Shown: positions 26,361 to 39,194, counted from the first letter of the stretch. The stretch is DNA of 64,000 nucleotides from Stegostoma tigrinum (GCF_030684315.1 NC_081368.1:23865899-23929898); one strand, 5' to 3'. Notes: a model not told the origin generated them from the letters alone. Numbers and translations are program-made.

Positions 26361-28056
26361 AAAAATGGCTGCTACAGATAGAAAAGTGGTGCTGCTGCAC
26401 CCCAGACTGGCCAGGATTTGTAACACGGAACGTTAGGCATAGAAACCTACGGATCTTACACCAATATCATTATTTTATATTAGCCTACACCAAGCTCCTG
26501 GACACATAATGTTGGCTAACACCATCTCCAAGCTACAAATTGTAGGGCCTAAGTATCCAAGTTCAGCATGATATCCATAAAATGTCTTCAAAATTTTAAT
26601 ATCTTTGTGTCACGTCCAAGCTTTCCCAAATGTTTGAAGAACAAAGTGTCAGTTTTACATACATATCTGAGGCAGTTTCAGTCGAACCCCAAAGAAATTA
26701 AAAATTAATGGTCAAGAAATGTGCAATGGTCATTTTACACTACTTCAATACAACGTACTTCAAGGTCAGAGATAATGTCTGTGTAAGTAAATTGCAACAA
26801 TGTAAAATTTTCTTGGAAATTGACAAAAAATGTAGCTTCTCTATGATCTGTTTAGGTCATGGAAATGATTTTACGCATTCTTTTCAAAGACAAAAAATGA
26901 ATAAACTCTTTTTCAGTCACTAAACATTTTTAAATGTTTCAGATATACCGGATTCTTTACAATTGACATGCATTCTTACAAAGCAAAAGAGTATCACTTT
27001 CATTATGTTTATAGTGGCAATTTTCATGTGCCATGGATTAAAAATTTAACCGAACTACTTTATTTGTGACCTTTTAAATTAATCTCAATCTTTGTAAGTC
27101 CATCATGATGGTCTGATGTTGTTTGTTTAATTTAAAATAATGATACGCTCTTGCATTTACAAAACGTTTTCTTCATTTAATAATGTCAAGATCTTACATT
27201 TTAAATGCATAGATATGTGACAAGTAACATATTCAATAAAAAATTAACAAGTTGTTCAGTCTGATCTTTTAAAAGACTTGCCTTTTATCAAACAGAGAAA
27301 ATTGAGGAGTTTAATGGAGTTTTTAAAATCTGGAAGTATTTTGTGTGGATACCAGTGAAAGATTATTTTTTCTCTCAAATTGCTTGGTGAACCGTTGACA
27401 AAGTGACGTGGAAGAATGAAGGATGAAGATAGAATTTTCTTTATATAACGAGCCTTGATTTTAACCCCACTCCCATAGATCCCTTTCCAATATCCCACCC
27501 AGCCATCACCCTAATCTTCTAGAAACTTGGTGATAACTGAGGAATAGGCGACTTAAATAAAGTGTAAAACTTACCCAATTTTTTTTTGCCTTCATATGAC
27601 CAACTATTATCATAAATTCCAGGATTCAAAACCACCCACTACAAATTGGCAGTCTCCTATCTAAGTAAAGACATGATAGGTATCATCTGGAATTTTTATC
27701 TGAGAAATTTATCATCAGGAAAATAACTGTCACAGAGTGAAGTCAACATCAGAAATGACCCAAATAGGTACATTTATACTTTTTCTTTAATATTTATGGT
27801 CCAGGAGAAGCAGGAGTGTTCTTCTGCACCCCATGAGGAAACAATGGGCCACTTCATTGTACCTGATCACAAAAATCTTGCTGCTACTAGACAATCAGAC
27901 AATATCTTCTACAAATTCAATCTAGAGTATGATCTTGAACATGGAAATAAAACTTGGAGCGCCAGGCCTCAGCATTTGAGTTTGTCATTTGTCTTGGCTT
28001 CTCCTATGTACCAGTGTTACCCTGAGATAAAATCAACAGCACAGTTACTAGAATGT

Positions 28057-29000
28057 GGGGTTGAATTTTACCAGAACTCAGCTAAGTGTACAATTTCAGG
28101 AAGTTTCATGGATAGTTTCTCTCCTTGAGCCCAACAGGTTTTCTCATGATGTTCTCCACAACTCATTTCATTACCCATCCACCATTTTCTAAGGCAATCT
28201 GCTCACCCTATCTTCCCTTTCATCAGAGATGGAAATACTTACCACTGCCACAACTTTCTGGAATTCTTGTGTCATATTTAAAATGGAGTTGTGCACCTGT
28301 TCAAACATTGTCACTCAAGAACTATACTGTACATTGCAGTCCTGAAGAAGATGGACAAGGGCAAGACAGCTGCACACTTCACCAACAGGGACCTAGAGCT
28401 TTTGATGCAGAGGAGGTTATTCTCTTCGGATCATCAGTGGAGCCCGTGTCAAAAGATCCTGGTCTGAAATTGCCACCAAGGTCAGTGTATTGTCCACAGT
28501 CTGGAGGAACACCCAGTAAGGACACAATATTGTTCAAGACCTCTCTGCTCTGTGAGTAAGTGTCACCATCTTCTCTCAGCTAATTCACAGTCAATCTAAA
28601 TCTGCTACTGCACCCAACTTTCACGAAGGCTCACTGAGTACCACATGTAACATTTTCTACCACTCACATTCACCCACCAAATCCCCCACACTACCAACAC
28701 ACCTCTGGGCTGCCTGCTCACTCACATGAGACACCGTTCTCCCATTTACATTAGAACTGACAGCTGTGTCAGCCACTCAATTCATCCTTTTATCTCATTC
28801 CAGGAGAAAACAGTCCACCATATGGCAGAGTAAGCCATGATATGTTGTGGGATGCCCGACATTCGTCTCCTCATTCCCTACGAGGAGAGGATCCTTATGC
28901 TACATGGAGAAGACAACCATTCATATGGTGATGTCAAAACCAACTGACTGCATCCAAGTCCCTGGACTGCTAACAGACACTGCCCTTAACTTAACTGTGC
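28057..29000 (+). mobile_element. Harbinger-like DNA transposon relic
   Basis: Starts ggggttgaatttt (TIR-like) and carries a two-exon Myb/SANT-like gene relic; right end not identified. Confidence 0.55.
28351..28925 (+). pseudogene. Myb/SANT-like (NAIF1-type) transposon gene relic with intron
   Basis: Exon 1 MDKGKTAAHFTNRDLELLMQRRLF...(frameshift) WSEIATKVSVLSTVWRNTQ*...VQDL; donor GTGAGT at 28552 or GTAAGT at 28556; acceptor tttatctcattccAG ending 28803; exon 2 EKTVHHMAE*...GMPDIRLLIPYEERILMLHGED. Confidence 0.65.
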
Positions 29001-29140
29001 TGGAAGACCGTGATTGAAAGCTGTCTCCATTGCCTTTCCTGAGAACTCTCCTTAGACTTTGAGACATAGCTATTTGATTGAAACATAAGCAGTGTGATTG
29101 TCATGTAGGTTACTGTCAGTTCTGTAGTACAGTGTCAGTA

Positions 29141-29250
29141 TGGTTCTGAGGAAGGGTCACTGGGCCCGAAATGTTCATTCTGTTTTTTTCTGTCACAGAT
29201 GCTGTCAGACCTGCAGAGTTTTCCCAGCAATTTTGTGGTTTTTATTCCTA
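29141..29250 (+). mobile_element. PLE family B terminal fragment with hammerhead motif
   Basis: CTGAGGA-A-GGGTC-ACT-GGGCCC-GAAA-TGTT at 29146-29175, then cacagatgctgtcagacctg. Confidence 0.75.
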
Positions 29251-30533
29251 CTGGAGTTTAAAAGAGTGATGAGTTGCTTGACTGAAGTGAATGCAATCCC
29301 AAATGATCTTGACAGGGTAAACATGGAAAGGAAGTTTCCTGTTGTGGATCAGTCTACAAATAGGGTCACTATTTTAAAAATAGTTCCATTTCAGGCCAGA
29401 ATTGAGGAGAAAGTTTTTCCCTTATGCAGTTATGCACCTTTTTATCTCTCTGGTTTAGAAGGCACAGAAGGATGTCATTGAACATTTTTAAGAAAGGGAT
29501 CGATAAATTTTTGTTAGGTAAGAGAATTAAGGGTTATTGGATAGTTTGGAATATGGAATTTAAAACACAAACAGATCAGCCATAATCTTATTGGAAGATA
29601 GGGTAGGCTTTAAGGGTCAAATAGCCTACTTCTACTCCTATTGTATATGTTTTGCTTGCAAACCTCCTCTGAATTACTTCCAATATATTTACATTCTTTT
29701 TTAAATAAGCTAACAAATATTGTACACAACACTCCAAAGGTGTTCTCACCAATGCCCTGTATAACTGAAGCATAACTTCTCTCCTTTTATAGTCATTTCC
29801 CTTTGCCATAAACAAAATATTTAATTAACTTTCCTTTTACTTAATGAACTTGCATAATAATCTTTTTGATTCATGCACTAGGACACCCAGATCTCTCAAC
29901 GGCTTAGCGCTCTGCAGTCTTTCACCAATTAGTTATCATTGTTTCTTTATAACTCTTCTACCAATATGGATAATCTCACACTTTCCCGTATTTTACCCCA
30001 TTTGCCAGATGTCTAACCACCCACTTTATTTAGATCCCTCTGTAGCACCCTTATGTCCTTTCACAACGAGCTTTCCTGCCTCGCTTTGTGTCATCAGCAA
30101 ATTTGATGTCCAAACCTTCAGTTTCTGCATCTCCATCATTTATATGAATTGTAAAAAGCTGACAGCCCAACACTTATCACTGTGGCATATTGCTCATTAC
30201 ATTTTGAGAAACAGAAAATGACCAAGTAATGCTTTATTCTCTATTTCCTGTTAGCTAGTCAATCAACTATTCAGTAGAGTTTGTTACCCCTATACAGATA
30301 GTTTCTGAAACAACATTTGATGTAACACTTTCTCAAATGCCTTCTTAAAATCTAAGTTCAGAATGTCCACTGGTTTCTCTTTATCCACTGAACATGTTAA
30401 TTCCTCAAATAGCTCCATTGAATTGGTAATACATGATTTTCTATTCGCAAAACCACATTGACACTTCTCTAAATGCCCTGCCAAAATGCATTTAGTAATA
30501 GCTTCTAATGTCTTTCCAAGACAGATGTTAAAC

Positions 30534-31176
30534 CATTGGTTTCCAAATCTTTTCCCATCATAACCCCATTTTGGTACTTGAAAGTTCCGGAGACCACAGA
30601 CCCTTAAGGGGGTGGAGAAGGAAGATACCTCAGAGAATGAAGAGGAAATGCCTGTAGAATGGAGTTGGGCAAGTCAAGATGGGCAGAACACCTTTTCGAG
30701 CTGAGAGGAGGAATAAGTATGGTGATGGGAGGGGGGGGGAGCAGATGTCTGGGTCAGAGGAAAAGTTCTGTCAAGGGGGTGGGGATGTTAGTGAGGGAAA
30801 CATCTGTTGGGAGGGGGGAGGTGGTGCCAGAAGATGCCTGAGGAGCACAACGTCTGGCAGAGGGGTGGGGGAGAATTCATATTGTGGTGGAGGAGGTAGG
30901 GAGGAGGTGAGAGAAACGCGACAGCTGCAGGAAGAAAACTCTTTCATCCAAAGGGTTTTTACATTAAAAAAACTAACTTCATTTTACTTTTTAGGACAGG
31001 TTTCAGGCCTACAAGATTAGACAGTTTGACCACACCCACTATTTTAATAAAAACTGTTGTGAATTAAATGGATCGTCCAGCTGTGAGAACTTGCTTAAGG
31101 CCCCACAACAATTATTGCTGCATTGGAGCTTGTGGCCAACCCTACTGGGGTCACAACCCAAAGTCTGTAAGGCTTG
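30534..31176 (+). mobile_element. hAT (Charlie-like) non-autonomous element inside CR1
   Basis: Left end cattggtttccaaatctttt, right subterminal ggggtcacaacccaaagt; 8-bp TSD tgttaaac (30526-30533) / tattaaac (31177-31184); CR1 sequence resumes afterwards. Confidence 0.55.
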
Positions 31177-31368
31177 TATTAAACTAACTGGTCTATAGAT
31201 TCCTGAATTCTTCTCCCTTTTGAACAAAAAAGTCACATTTGCCCATTTCTAATCTCATGGAACCTTGCACAAATCTTGGGAATTTTGAGCAATTAAAACT
31301 AATGCATCAACTATTTCTCCAGTCACTGCTTTTAAGATACTAGGACATCAAGTTTCGGGGCTCGTCGG

Positions 31369-31473
31369 CAACATTCCCACTAATTTTTTATCTTTTACAA
31401 AGACTTCTGAAATCCATGCACAACTGATTGCCATGTGTCGACCCTCAAAGTGTGCACCTTAGAGGGAACATTG
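31369..31473. mobile_element. ~105-bp hAT-like MITE
   Basis: TIRs caacattcccactaa / ttagagggaacattg (12 of 15 matching); TSD unclear. Confidence 0.55.
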
Positions 31474-32474
31474 TAAGCCCACAAACCCCAACAATTTGCT
31501 CAATGTCGCTTGTAGTTTTCTTGAGTTCCTCCTTCACCTCTATTTTATAGTTCACAGCTATTTCTGGGACTTGTATCTCGTATAGCAAAGACAGATCCCT
31601 GGGGCATACCGCTAGTTAAGAGTTGCTACCCTGAAAATGTCCCCCTCATTCCAACTCATAAATTTCTTTTAGGTAGCCAATCTTCCTTCCATGCTAATAT
31701 ACCACATTCAACACCATCCAATTAAGTAGCCTAATGTGTGGCACCTTATTGAATGCCATCTGAAACTCCAGATATATTACACCCATTGCTTCCTCTTTAT
31801 CTAACTTACTTGTTACTCCTCAAAAGAATTTTAGTAAATTTTTCAGGCATGATTTCTCATTAATGAAGCTATGCTGATTCTGCTTGATCATATTATGCAA
31901 CTTAAAATGCATGTATCCTTTATAGTAGATTCTGATGTTATTCCCAACAACAGACATTAAGATAACTGGCCTATAGTTACCATTTTTTTCTGTCTGTCCC
32001 TTTTTACATAAACATGTTACATTCAGAGTTTTCCAATCTTTTGGGACTCTTCCAGAATATAAAAACTCCTGGAAATTGCTACTAGTGCATCTTTGAGTCT
32101 GCTGTGCCATTCAATATAATCATAGCCAATCATGCAATTCAGTACTCTGTTTCCACTTTCTTCCCTCACCCTTTGATCTCTTCAGCTGTAAAAAACAATT
32201 GTGACTCCTTGAAAATATTCAATGTTTTGGCATAAACTGTTTTCTCTAACAGAGAAGTCCACAGAGTCTGGGTGAAGAATGTTATCCTTCACTTGGTCCT
32301 AAATGGCCAATTCTGTGTTCTTAAACTGTGACATCTGACTCTGAACTTCACAGTTATCAGAAATGTCTTTTCTGCGTTTACCTTGTCTGGACCTGTTAGA
32401 ATTTTAGAGGTTTCAATGAAATCTACCCTAGTTCTTCTAAACTTCAGTGAATACAGTCCTAACCAATTCAGTCT

Positions 32475-33800
32475 TTCCTGGACCTCTCGGTCTCTATTTC
32501 TGGCATCCACCTGGAAACTGATATCCATTTTAAGCCTACCGACTCTTACAACTACGTAGCATACTCCTCCTCTCACCTACCTTCCTGTAAAAAGGTCATT
32601 TCCTATTCCCAATTCCTTCGCCTCCGCCGCATCTGCTCCCGAGATGAGGCATTCCACTCCTGAACTCCCAGATGTCCTTTTTTTCAAGAACCGCAACATC
32701 CCCTCCACAGTGATCGAAAATGCCCTTGACTGTGTCTCCCACATTTCCCGCAACACATCCGTCACACCCCCTATCCGCAATAACCAAAACAGAATCCCCC
32801 CTCGTCCTCATGTACCACCCCACCAACCACCAAATCCAGCACATCATCCTCCGATATTTCCGCCATCTGCAATCTGACCCCACTACCAAAGACATTTTTC
32901 CCCCCCCACGCTTGGTGTTTTCAGGAGGGACCACTCTCTCCATGACTCCCTTGTACGCGCCACACTCCCCTCCAGCCCCACCAGCCCGGGCAGTTTTCCC
33001 TGCAACCGAAGCAAGTGCGACACCTGCCCCTATACCTTCCCCTTCATCCCAATCCCAGGCCCTATGAAGACTTTTCACATCAAACAGATGTTCACCTGCA
33101 CATCTGTCAATGTGATATACTGTATCCGCTGTTCCCATTGTGGCCTCCTCTACATCGGCGAAACCAAATGAAGGCTTGGGGACCACTTTGCGGAACACCT
33201 TCGCTCGGTTCACACTAAACAACTGCACCTCCCAGTTGCGAACCATTTCTCCTCCCCCTCCTACTCCTTGGATGACATATTCATCCTGGGCCTCCTACAT
33301 TGCCACAATGACGCCACCTGAAAGATGCAGGAACAACATCTCATATTTCGCTTGGGAACCCTGCAGTTCAAGGGTATCAATGTGGACTTCACAAGCTTCA
33401 AAATCTCCCCTCCCCCGACCACATGCCAAGACCAGCCCAGCTGGTCCCCACCTCTCTCAACATTCCTCCCACATCAAGCCCCACCCCCATCCCCTACCCA
33501 CTAATGTCATCCCACGCCCCCCTGACCTGTCTGTCCTCCCTGGACTGACCTATCCCCAACTCCCCACCTACATTTACCTTCACTGGCTCTAACCCCACCT
33601 CTTTGACCTGTCTGTCTCCCCTCACCCTATCTTCTCCTTTATCCATCTTCTATCCGCCTCCCCCGTCTCCCTATTTATTTCAGAATCCCCTTCCCCTCCC
33701 CCATTTCTGAAGAAAGGTCCCAACCCGAAACATCAAGCTCTCCTGCTCCTCTGATGCTGCTTGGCCTGATGTGTTCATCCAGCCTCACACCATGTTATCT
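32475..33800 (+). mobile_element. PLE family A 3' half
   Basis: PLVLMYHPTNHQIQHIILRYFRHLQSDPTTKDIF, CNRSKCDTC, IYCIRCSHCGLLYIGETK; hammerhead CTGAAGA...GAAACATC at 33707-33734; ends at gttatct without the tail. Confidence 0.9.
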
Positions 33801-33899
33801 CCAGTTATTTTGTAATGTGTCATTTATAATCTGTTGTTCATTCCACACAGTCTTTAACCAACCTATACAAACTGGTCTACAATTAAAGATATGGAGCAA

Positions 33900-36100
33900 C
33901 AACAAGCACTTATGTCTTTAACATAAAGTGCCTTTAACATTAAAAAAAATTCCAAGGTCCTTCATAGGGGCATAATCAGAGAAGGGTTAAATTTTTTGCA
34001 GGGCCAAATACAGGATGTGACAAAATCTTAGCCAAAGCTGGAAGTTTCCAACAAGACCATAAAATACCAAAGTGACATTGAGGAAGTTAGACAAAGACTT
34101 GGAAAGCATGAACCCAGATTGCAGAAGTTTAGCCACTAATGGTAACAAAAGAGCTAGTGATGTAGAAGAGATCAGAGTAGAGGAGTAGGAACAAGATGAG
34201 CATTTTAAATTGGAGTAAAGGACTAGAAACCAATTTAAGTCAGCCATGTCAGGAACGAAGAATGGGTAGGATGCTGTGGATTAGGTTATGGGGCTGTAGT
34301 AATTTGGACAGGGGACCATAGGAAGCATGCCAAGTTTGAAACTAACAAAGACATGGGCTAAGGTAAAGGCTGAAATTATATGTTACAGAGATGGAAATTA
34401 GTTGTCTTCATGACGTTAAAGACTGATATTGGAAGTTAAATTCTGGGTCAGATAGGATGAGAAGTTGTGAACTGTCAGAATAAGTTAATATCAATGACTG
34501 GGAGACGGCTGTATCCAGTGGTGAGTGTACAAAATTTGTGGTGAAAGGCTGAAAATATTTATGTCACTTGTTTCAGTATTCAACTGAATAACATTATCTA
34601 CTGTCAAAGACTCATGATGGACATGTGTACTGGCAAGTGAGAGTTTGGGGAGGGTAGAATTTTGTGACATTAGCAGATACATGAAATCTGATCCCATATC
34701 TGATCCCATGTCATCAGGCCCAGGGCACAGTGATTAAAAAGGACTATAATTGGGCAAAGATAATGGGAACTGCAGATGCTGGAGAATTCCAAGATAATAA
34801 AATGTGAGGCTGGATGAACACAGCAGGCCAAGCAGCATCTCAGGAGCACAAAAGCTGACGTTTCGGGCCTAGACGCTTCATCAGAGGCTCTGTGCTCCTG
34901 AGATGCTGCTTGGCCTGCTGTGTTCATCCAGCCTCACATGTTATTATCTTATAATTGGGCAAAGTTTGATGGTTTGGTGCTAATTGTTGCTGGGATGGTC
35001 TATCTAAGATTAGATAGATGAGAGTGCACCTACTGGCAGCAGTACCACTCAGCTGGGCAATGGAGAAGCTTTTGTTTTCAATTCACTCACAGTATGTGGG
35101 CAATTCTGGCTTGGTCAACATTTATTGCCCTTCCCTAATTGCCCTTGAGAAGGTGTGGTGAGTTGCCTTCATGAACCACTACAATCTATCTGATGTAGGT
35201 AGACCCCCCAACGCCATTACAGAGTTCTATGCTTGTGACCTAACAACAGTGGGGGAATGGCAGAGCAGGATAATGTGTAAGTTGCCCAAGGTAGAGTTTA
35301 AGTAGGAACAGGACATGAAAAGCATTCTAATCATACAGAAAATCATTTGTGACTTTGACTAATGATGTATCAGCATTGTCTTAGAACTGTAAACCTAATC
35401 AGAAAGATTCAAACATTGACTTGTTGGTAAGAAGGGCATAAACATAGCAAGTGAAAGCACTTCCGAGATCTTTAAACATGAAAGAGAGGCTGGAGATGTG
35501 GCTTCAGTTTACATCATAGAAGGGTCAAACATGGGTTTGAGGTTGATTGAAGATGATTGTGAAAGGGATGAGAATACTACGTAAGGAGAATGAATTATTT
35601 AAGTATAACTAGAATGGGAATGCAATGTTTAAATTGGGTTATCAGCAGTTCACTAGAATCGGAATCATGGAGACAGGAATTTGTCTTATGGAATATCTCA
35701 GAAGCCATGAGAAGAAATTGGATTTGGACTAGAAGAGTCTATGGCTTCAGGATTAGATTGGAGGGAAAGCCTTAATTTGCTCTCCTGGGAGAAGAAAAGG
35801 ATGCTGCAGCACTGAGGTGCTCAACAGATTGTCATGAAGAATGAAACAAAGAAGCTTATGAGTTTCATGCACTTATTGTTGCAAGTGATTACAATACAAA
35901 ATTGTGTAACATGTGCTTAGAAATGTAGAAATGCATCATGTGGGCATCATTTGTTTGATAAAAATAAGCTAGGCTGTTTAGAAAGAATAAAATTATTCGG
36001 CAGTTCATCTCTACTTTCCTTTATATTTCACACCATCATATACCAGACATCTGAGGTATCCATCCTCTTTCGCAATGTCATGAAATTTGGCTATTGTTGC
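33900..36100 (-). mobile_element. Ancient L2-like LINE remnant
   Basis: L2-type 3' end (aagtgcctttaacat...ccaaggtccttca) and a degenerate FHxYADD-like segment at ~34665-34690; heavily diverged. Confidence 0.5.
34760..34949. mobile_element. Fold-back PLE family A insertion with 15-bp TSD
   Basis: TSD tataattgggcaaag at 34745-34759 and 34950-34964; 60-bp arms 34791-34850 / 34891-34950 (1 mismatch); hammerhead on the minus strand at 34857-34884 in the loop. Confidence 0.92.
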
Positions 36101-37039
36101 TTTTGAACAATTCTAAATGTAGATAATACCATTTTAGTATCATGATCAGCACAATTTTACTAGATACAATAGAGAGCATATTTACGGAATTACATCATTG
36201 TCTACATCTGTACAGACAAAAAATATAACTTTTAAGTAAACTATTTAAAAACTTTAAATATTTGGTATAGAAACTAGATGTAAATAGTTGGCTATTATTA
36301 GTTAAGATAACCTGATAGAAAGAATTATAGAAATTTACAGCATGGGGAGAAGTCATTTGGTTTAGTACATCCACACTAATCAACATTTAGCCATCCAGTC
36401 TAATCCAACTTTCCAGCTCCTAGTCTGTAGCCAAGAGGGTTATGACAGTTCAAGTGCCCATGCAAGTACTTTTGAAATGTTGAGAGGGTTTCTGCTTCTC
36501 CCATTCTTTCAGGCAGTGAGATCCAGATTACATCACACCCTGAAATTGACTTGACTTTTTCTGAATCCTGTACTACTTATCCTAAATTTGTCTTCTAGTT
36601 ATGAACCTCTTAAACTATGTTTTCTATAGCACAGTGACAAGAAACATCACAGTACACAACTATAGCTGGAAAAAATATCCAAAAGCTTCCCTCTTGAACA
36701 GCTGCAATAATTTTAGAAATAGCCAACAGCTAAATAAATGAAAATGGCATGAGGAAGGAGAATTGACTACACTCAGCTTTTTATGACAAGAGACCTGAAA
36801 TGGCATATTTTGGGAAAATTTCTAAATGAATATTGAAATACTTGGTAAAATTTATAAACTGGGTATCAAAATAGGGATTTTCCCCCCCATTTTCAATTAG
36901 GACACAGATAAGAATAGAATGTGGGGAAGGAACTGCCAAACTCATCCAATCTGGGATTTTTGTTGACTATTATGTTTTTCAATGTCAAAAGAAAACTGGC
37001 AAGGTTGTCTATAGGGAAACCGAGCAGTAATTTTGTGTG

Positions 37040-37229
37040 ATAATAAAATGTGAGGCTGGATGAACACAGCAGGCCAAGGAGCATCTCAGGAGCACAAAAG
37101 CTGACGTTTCGGGCCTAGACCCTTCATCAGAGATGTGCTCCTGAGATGCTGCTTGGCCTGCTGTGTTCATCCAGCCTCACATTTTATTATCTTGGAATTC
37201 TCCAGCATCTGCAGTTCCCATTATCTCTG
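37040..37229. mobile_element. Fold-back PLE family A insertion with 14-bp TSD
   Basis: TSD agtaattttgtgtg at 37026-37039 and 37230-37243; 58-bp arms 37039-37096 / 37134-37191 (1 mismatch); tail on the right arm only. Confidence 0.92.
37103..37130 (-). ncRNA. Minimal hammerhead ribozyme motif (family A)
   Basis: CTGATGAAGGGTCTAGGCCCGAAACGTC, identical to 20489-20516. Confidence 0.72.
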
Positions 37230-37379
37230 AGTAATTTTGTGTGTACGATTTATGATGCTTATTCTGGAACTTGGGTAGAAGTAAGAAAATAAAAAGGAAG
37301 AAACGTTAAGATAGCAGGGAGAATATTAAAAAAGCACTATCAGAAGTGAAAACAAAACAAGGTAATAGCAAAGAGAAAT

Positions 37380-38180
37380 TACGTGAACCACAAGTCGAAA
37401 AACAAAATGTCAAGCAGAATCTAGTGTACACACGATCTGTGGTGTAAACGGACTGCCGATTTGAAGCTGACGTACAGCTAACAAATCATCCAGATAAACA
37501 ATTACCTATTCTTCGACACAGCAGCCGGAAAATCAAAACTGCCAAATCACTCGATGATTTAAATTCATCATCAAGAAATGTCCCACACGGACTCCAAAAG
37601 ATTTCTCTTCCGGCTTCACGAGCGACTTGCACTTCTATGGGACTTTCACGGAGCATAAAGGCTTTAGAAGGGGCGCTCGGGGGTGGGGAACGACCCGGTG
37701 GTCGGCATGAGACAAACTTGTGTCGAAAGTCAGAATAAATTGAAAAACTGGCCAACAGAATTTTAACTGGCGAGGCAGGTTCGAAGAAGCCTTTGAAGGC
37801 CAGAGAGGAGGGATAGCAAGTTGAAGTTGGAGGCTGCCAATCCAATGTATCTTCTCGGTTTTCAATATCACCTAAATCTAGCGTCATGATTTTTTTTTGA
37901 AACGGGAGACAATGCTTCCTTCCCCAGACTGATCCTGAGCCGCTTAGGAATTGTCTGTTGAGAATCTGCAGCGTTTTGAACAGGCCAACTATTCTGACAT
38001 GATCTTCGTAATTTATGTTATCACCTCCTGTGACATAACATGCCAAAGAATTCTAACTCAGCGGACACAGGCCATAACGAGAACCGGAAAGTGAAAATAC
38101 TCAAGTCACTTCAGGAGCAATGAACTTTTGAATAGGCTAGAGCCGGCTTCACAAGTGGAAGCATTTGCTTAAAGCGCAGA
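37380..38180. promoter_or_regulatory. Orphan CpG-retaining region (candidate promoter/enhancer)
   Basis: Many CpGs at moderate GC content, no repeat similarity seen; ETS-like CCGGAA motifs (~37525, ~37607 reverse, ~38084), TGCCAA and CCAAT motifs. Confidence 0.5.
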
Positions 38181-38269
38181 AACCATGAACTTTTTACTCA
38201 AACTACTAGACTTTTGATTTTGAAATTAATGAATTAATTTTGACATTTGCAGTACTATCTCAACGTTTA

Positions 38270-39060
38270 AAACAGCTACAACTCGCTTTAGAGGTACCAC
38301 TATCGTGCTGTAAGCTAGAGAATTCTGGGATATTGACCCAGACATAACAAAGGAATGGCAATGTATTCCCAAGTCAAGATGGTGCTGTAACTTGGAGGGG
38401 AACATGGGGCTACGGTACATCCATTGACACATGTTTCCCAAAGGAATGCGGCGCTGCCAAAACAGCTGACCCCTTCAGTGTCACGGCTGGAACCAGACAG
38501 CTGCCAACCATTTGATTTGCAGGCAGTGCGCTGAAGGAGAACTCTTTCTCCCACCCCACCCCCCCACCATGGGAACAGAAGAATTGGTTGAAGTCTTTCT
38601 TCAGTGATGGTGGAGAATGAGGTGGACCTTCTGGGTGAAGATGATTGCAAAAGCTTCAGCCTTGTCTCTTGTACTTATACTCACCTCCACCATCTTTGAG
38701 GATGGGATAATATACTCATGAAACCTTCTTCTTCCATTCAACTCTGGATGTGCAGGGCTATAGAACTTTGATCTGATACATTTGACATGTAATTAGATGT
38801 CATTGAGATGCTATTTAATATGCATATAATCCTGCTTGTAACTTCACCTGATATTATTACCTCATTTTCAGGTATATTCAGAGCTATTCCTGGCAGACAC
38901 TTCAACATTCCTTTTTTAGGCAAGGCAGATGCACTGACTAGTTGGTATAGTACATTAAAAGATTTGCTGGTCTGTGAGATTACAAATTATGGTGGAGTGC
39001 GAGTCTGTTGCTGCTGTTGATCCTCATCATCTCATGGATGCCCAGTTTCGCACAATCCTC
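38270..39060 (-). mobile_element. Family X LINE fragments (antisense)
   Basis: Reverse complement of the family 3' end (ttgacccagacataacaaaggaatggcaatgtattcccaagtcaagatgg) and internal blocks. Confidence 0.6.
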
Positions 39061-39089
39061 ATAAGCTGATGGTGATCAAGTGTTAACCA

Positions 39090-39194
39090 CCTGAAATAAA
39101 AACAAAGTACTGGAGAAACTCAGCAGGTCTGGCAGCATCATTTGAGAGAGAAACAGTGATAACACTTTCAATCCAAAATGACTCTTCTTCAGAA
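39090..39194 (-). mobile_element. PLE family B terminal fragment with hammerhead motif
   Basis: Minus strand CTGAAGA-AGAGTC-ATTTT-GGATT-GAAA-GTGTT at 39161-39192, then gatgctgccagacctgctgag. Confidence 0.7.

Larger units (their letters stand above)
29250..32475. mobile_element. Cluster of CR1 LINE fragments (mostly minus strand)
   Basis: REVMLQLYRALVRTPLECCVQ (29588-29815), VDILNLDFKKAFEKV (30290-30484), NGNYRPVILMSVVG (31820-32110); a plus-strand 3' end at 29250-29650. Confidence 0.85.

Noticed and set aside
34760-37229. Fold-backs as classical DNA-transposon MITEs or CRISPR-like repeats
   Set aside because: Arms match PLE terminal repeats, TSD lengths vary, arms are asymmetric, and there is no repeat-spacer array.
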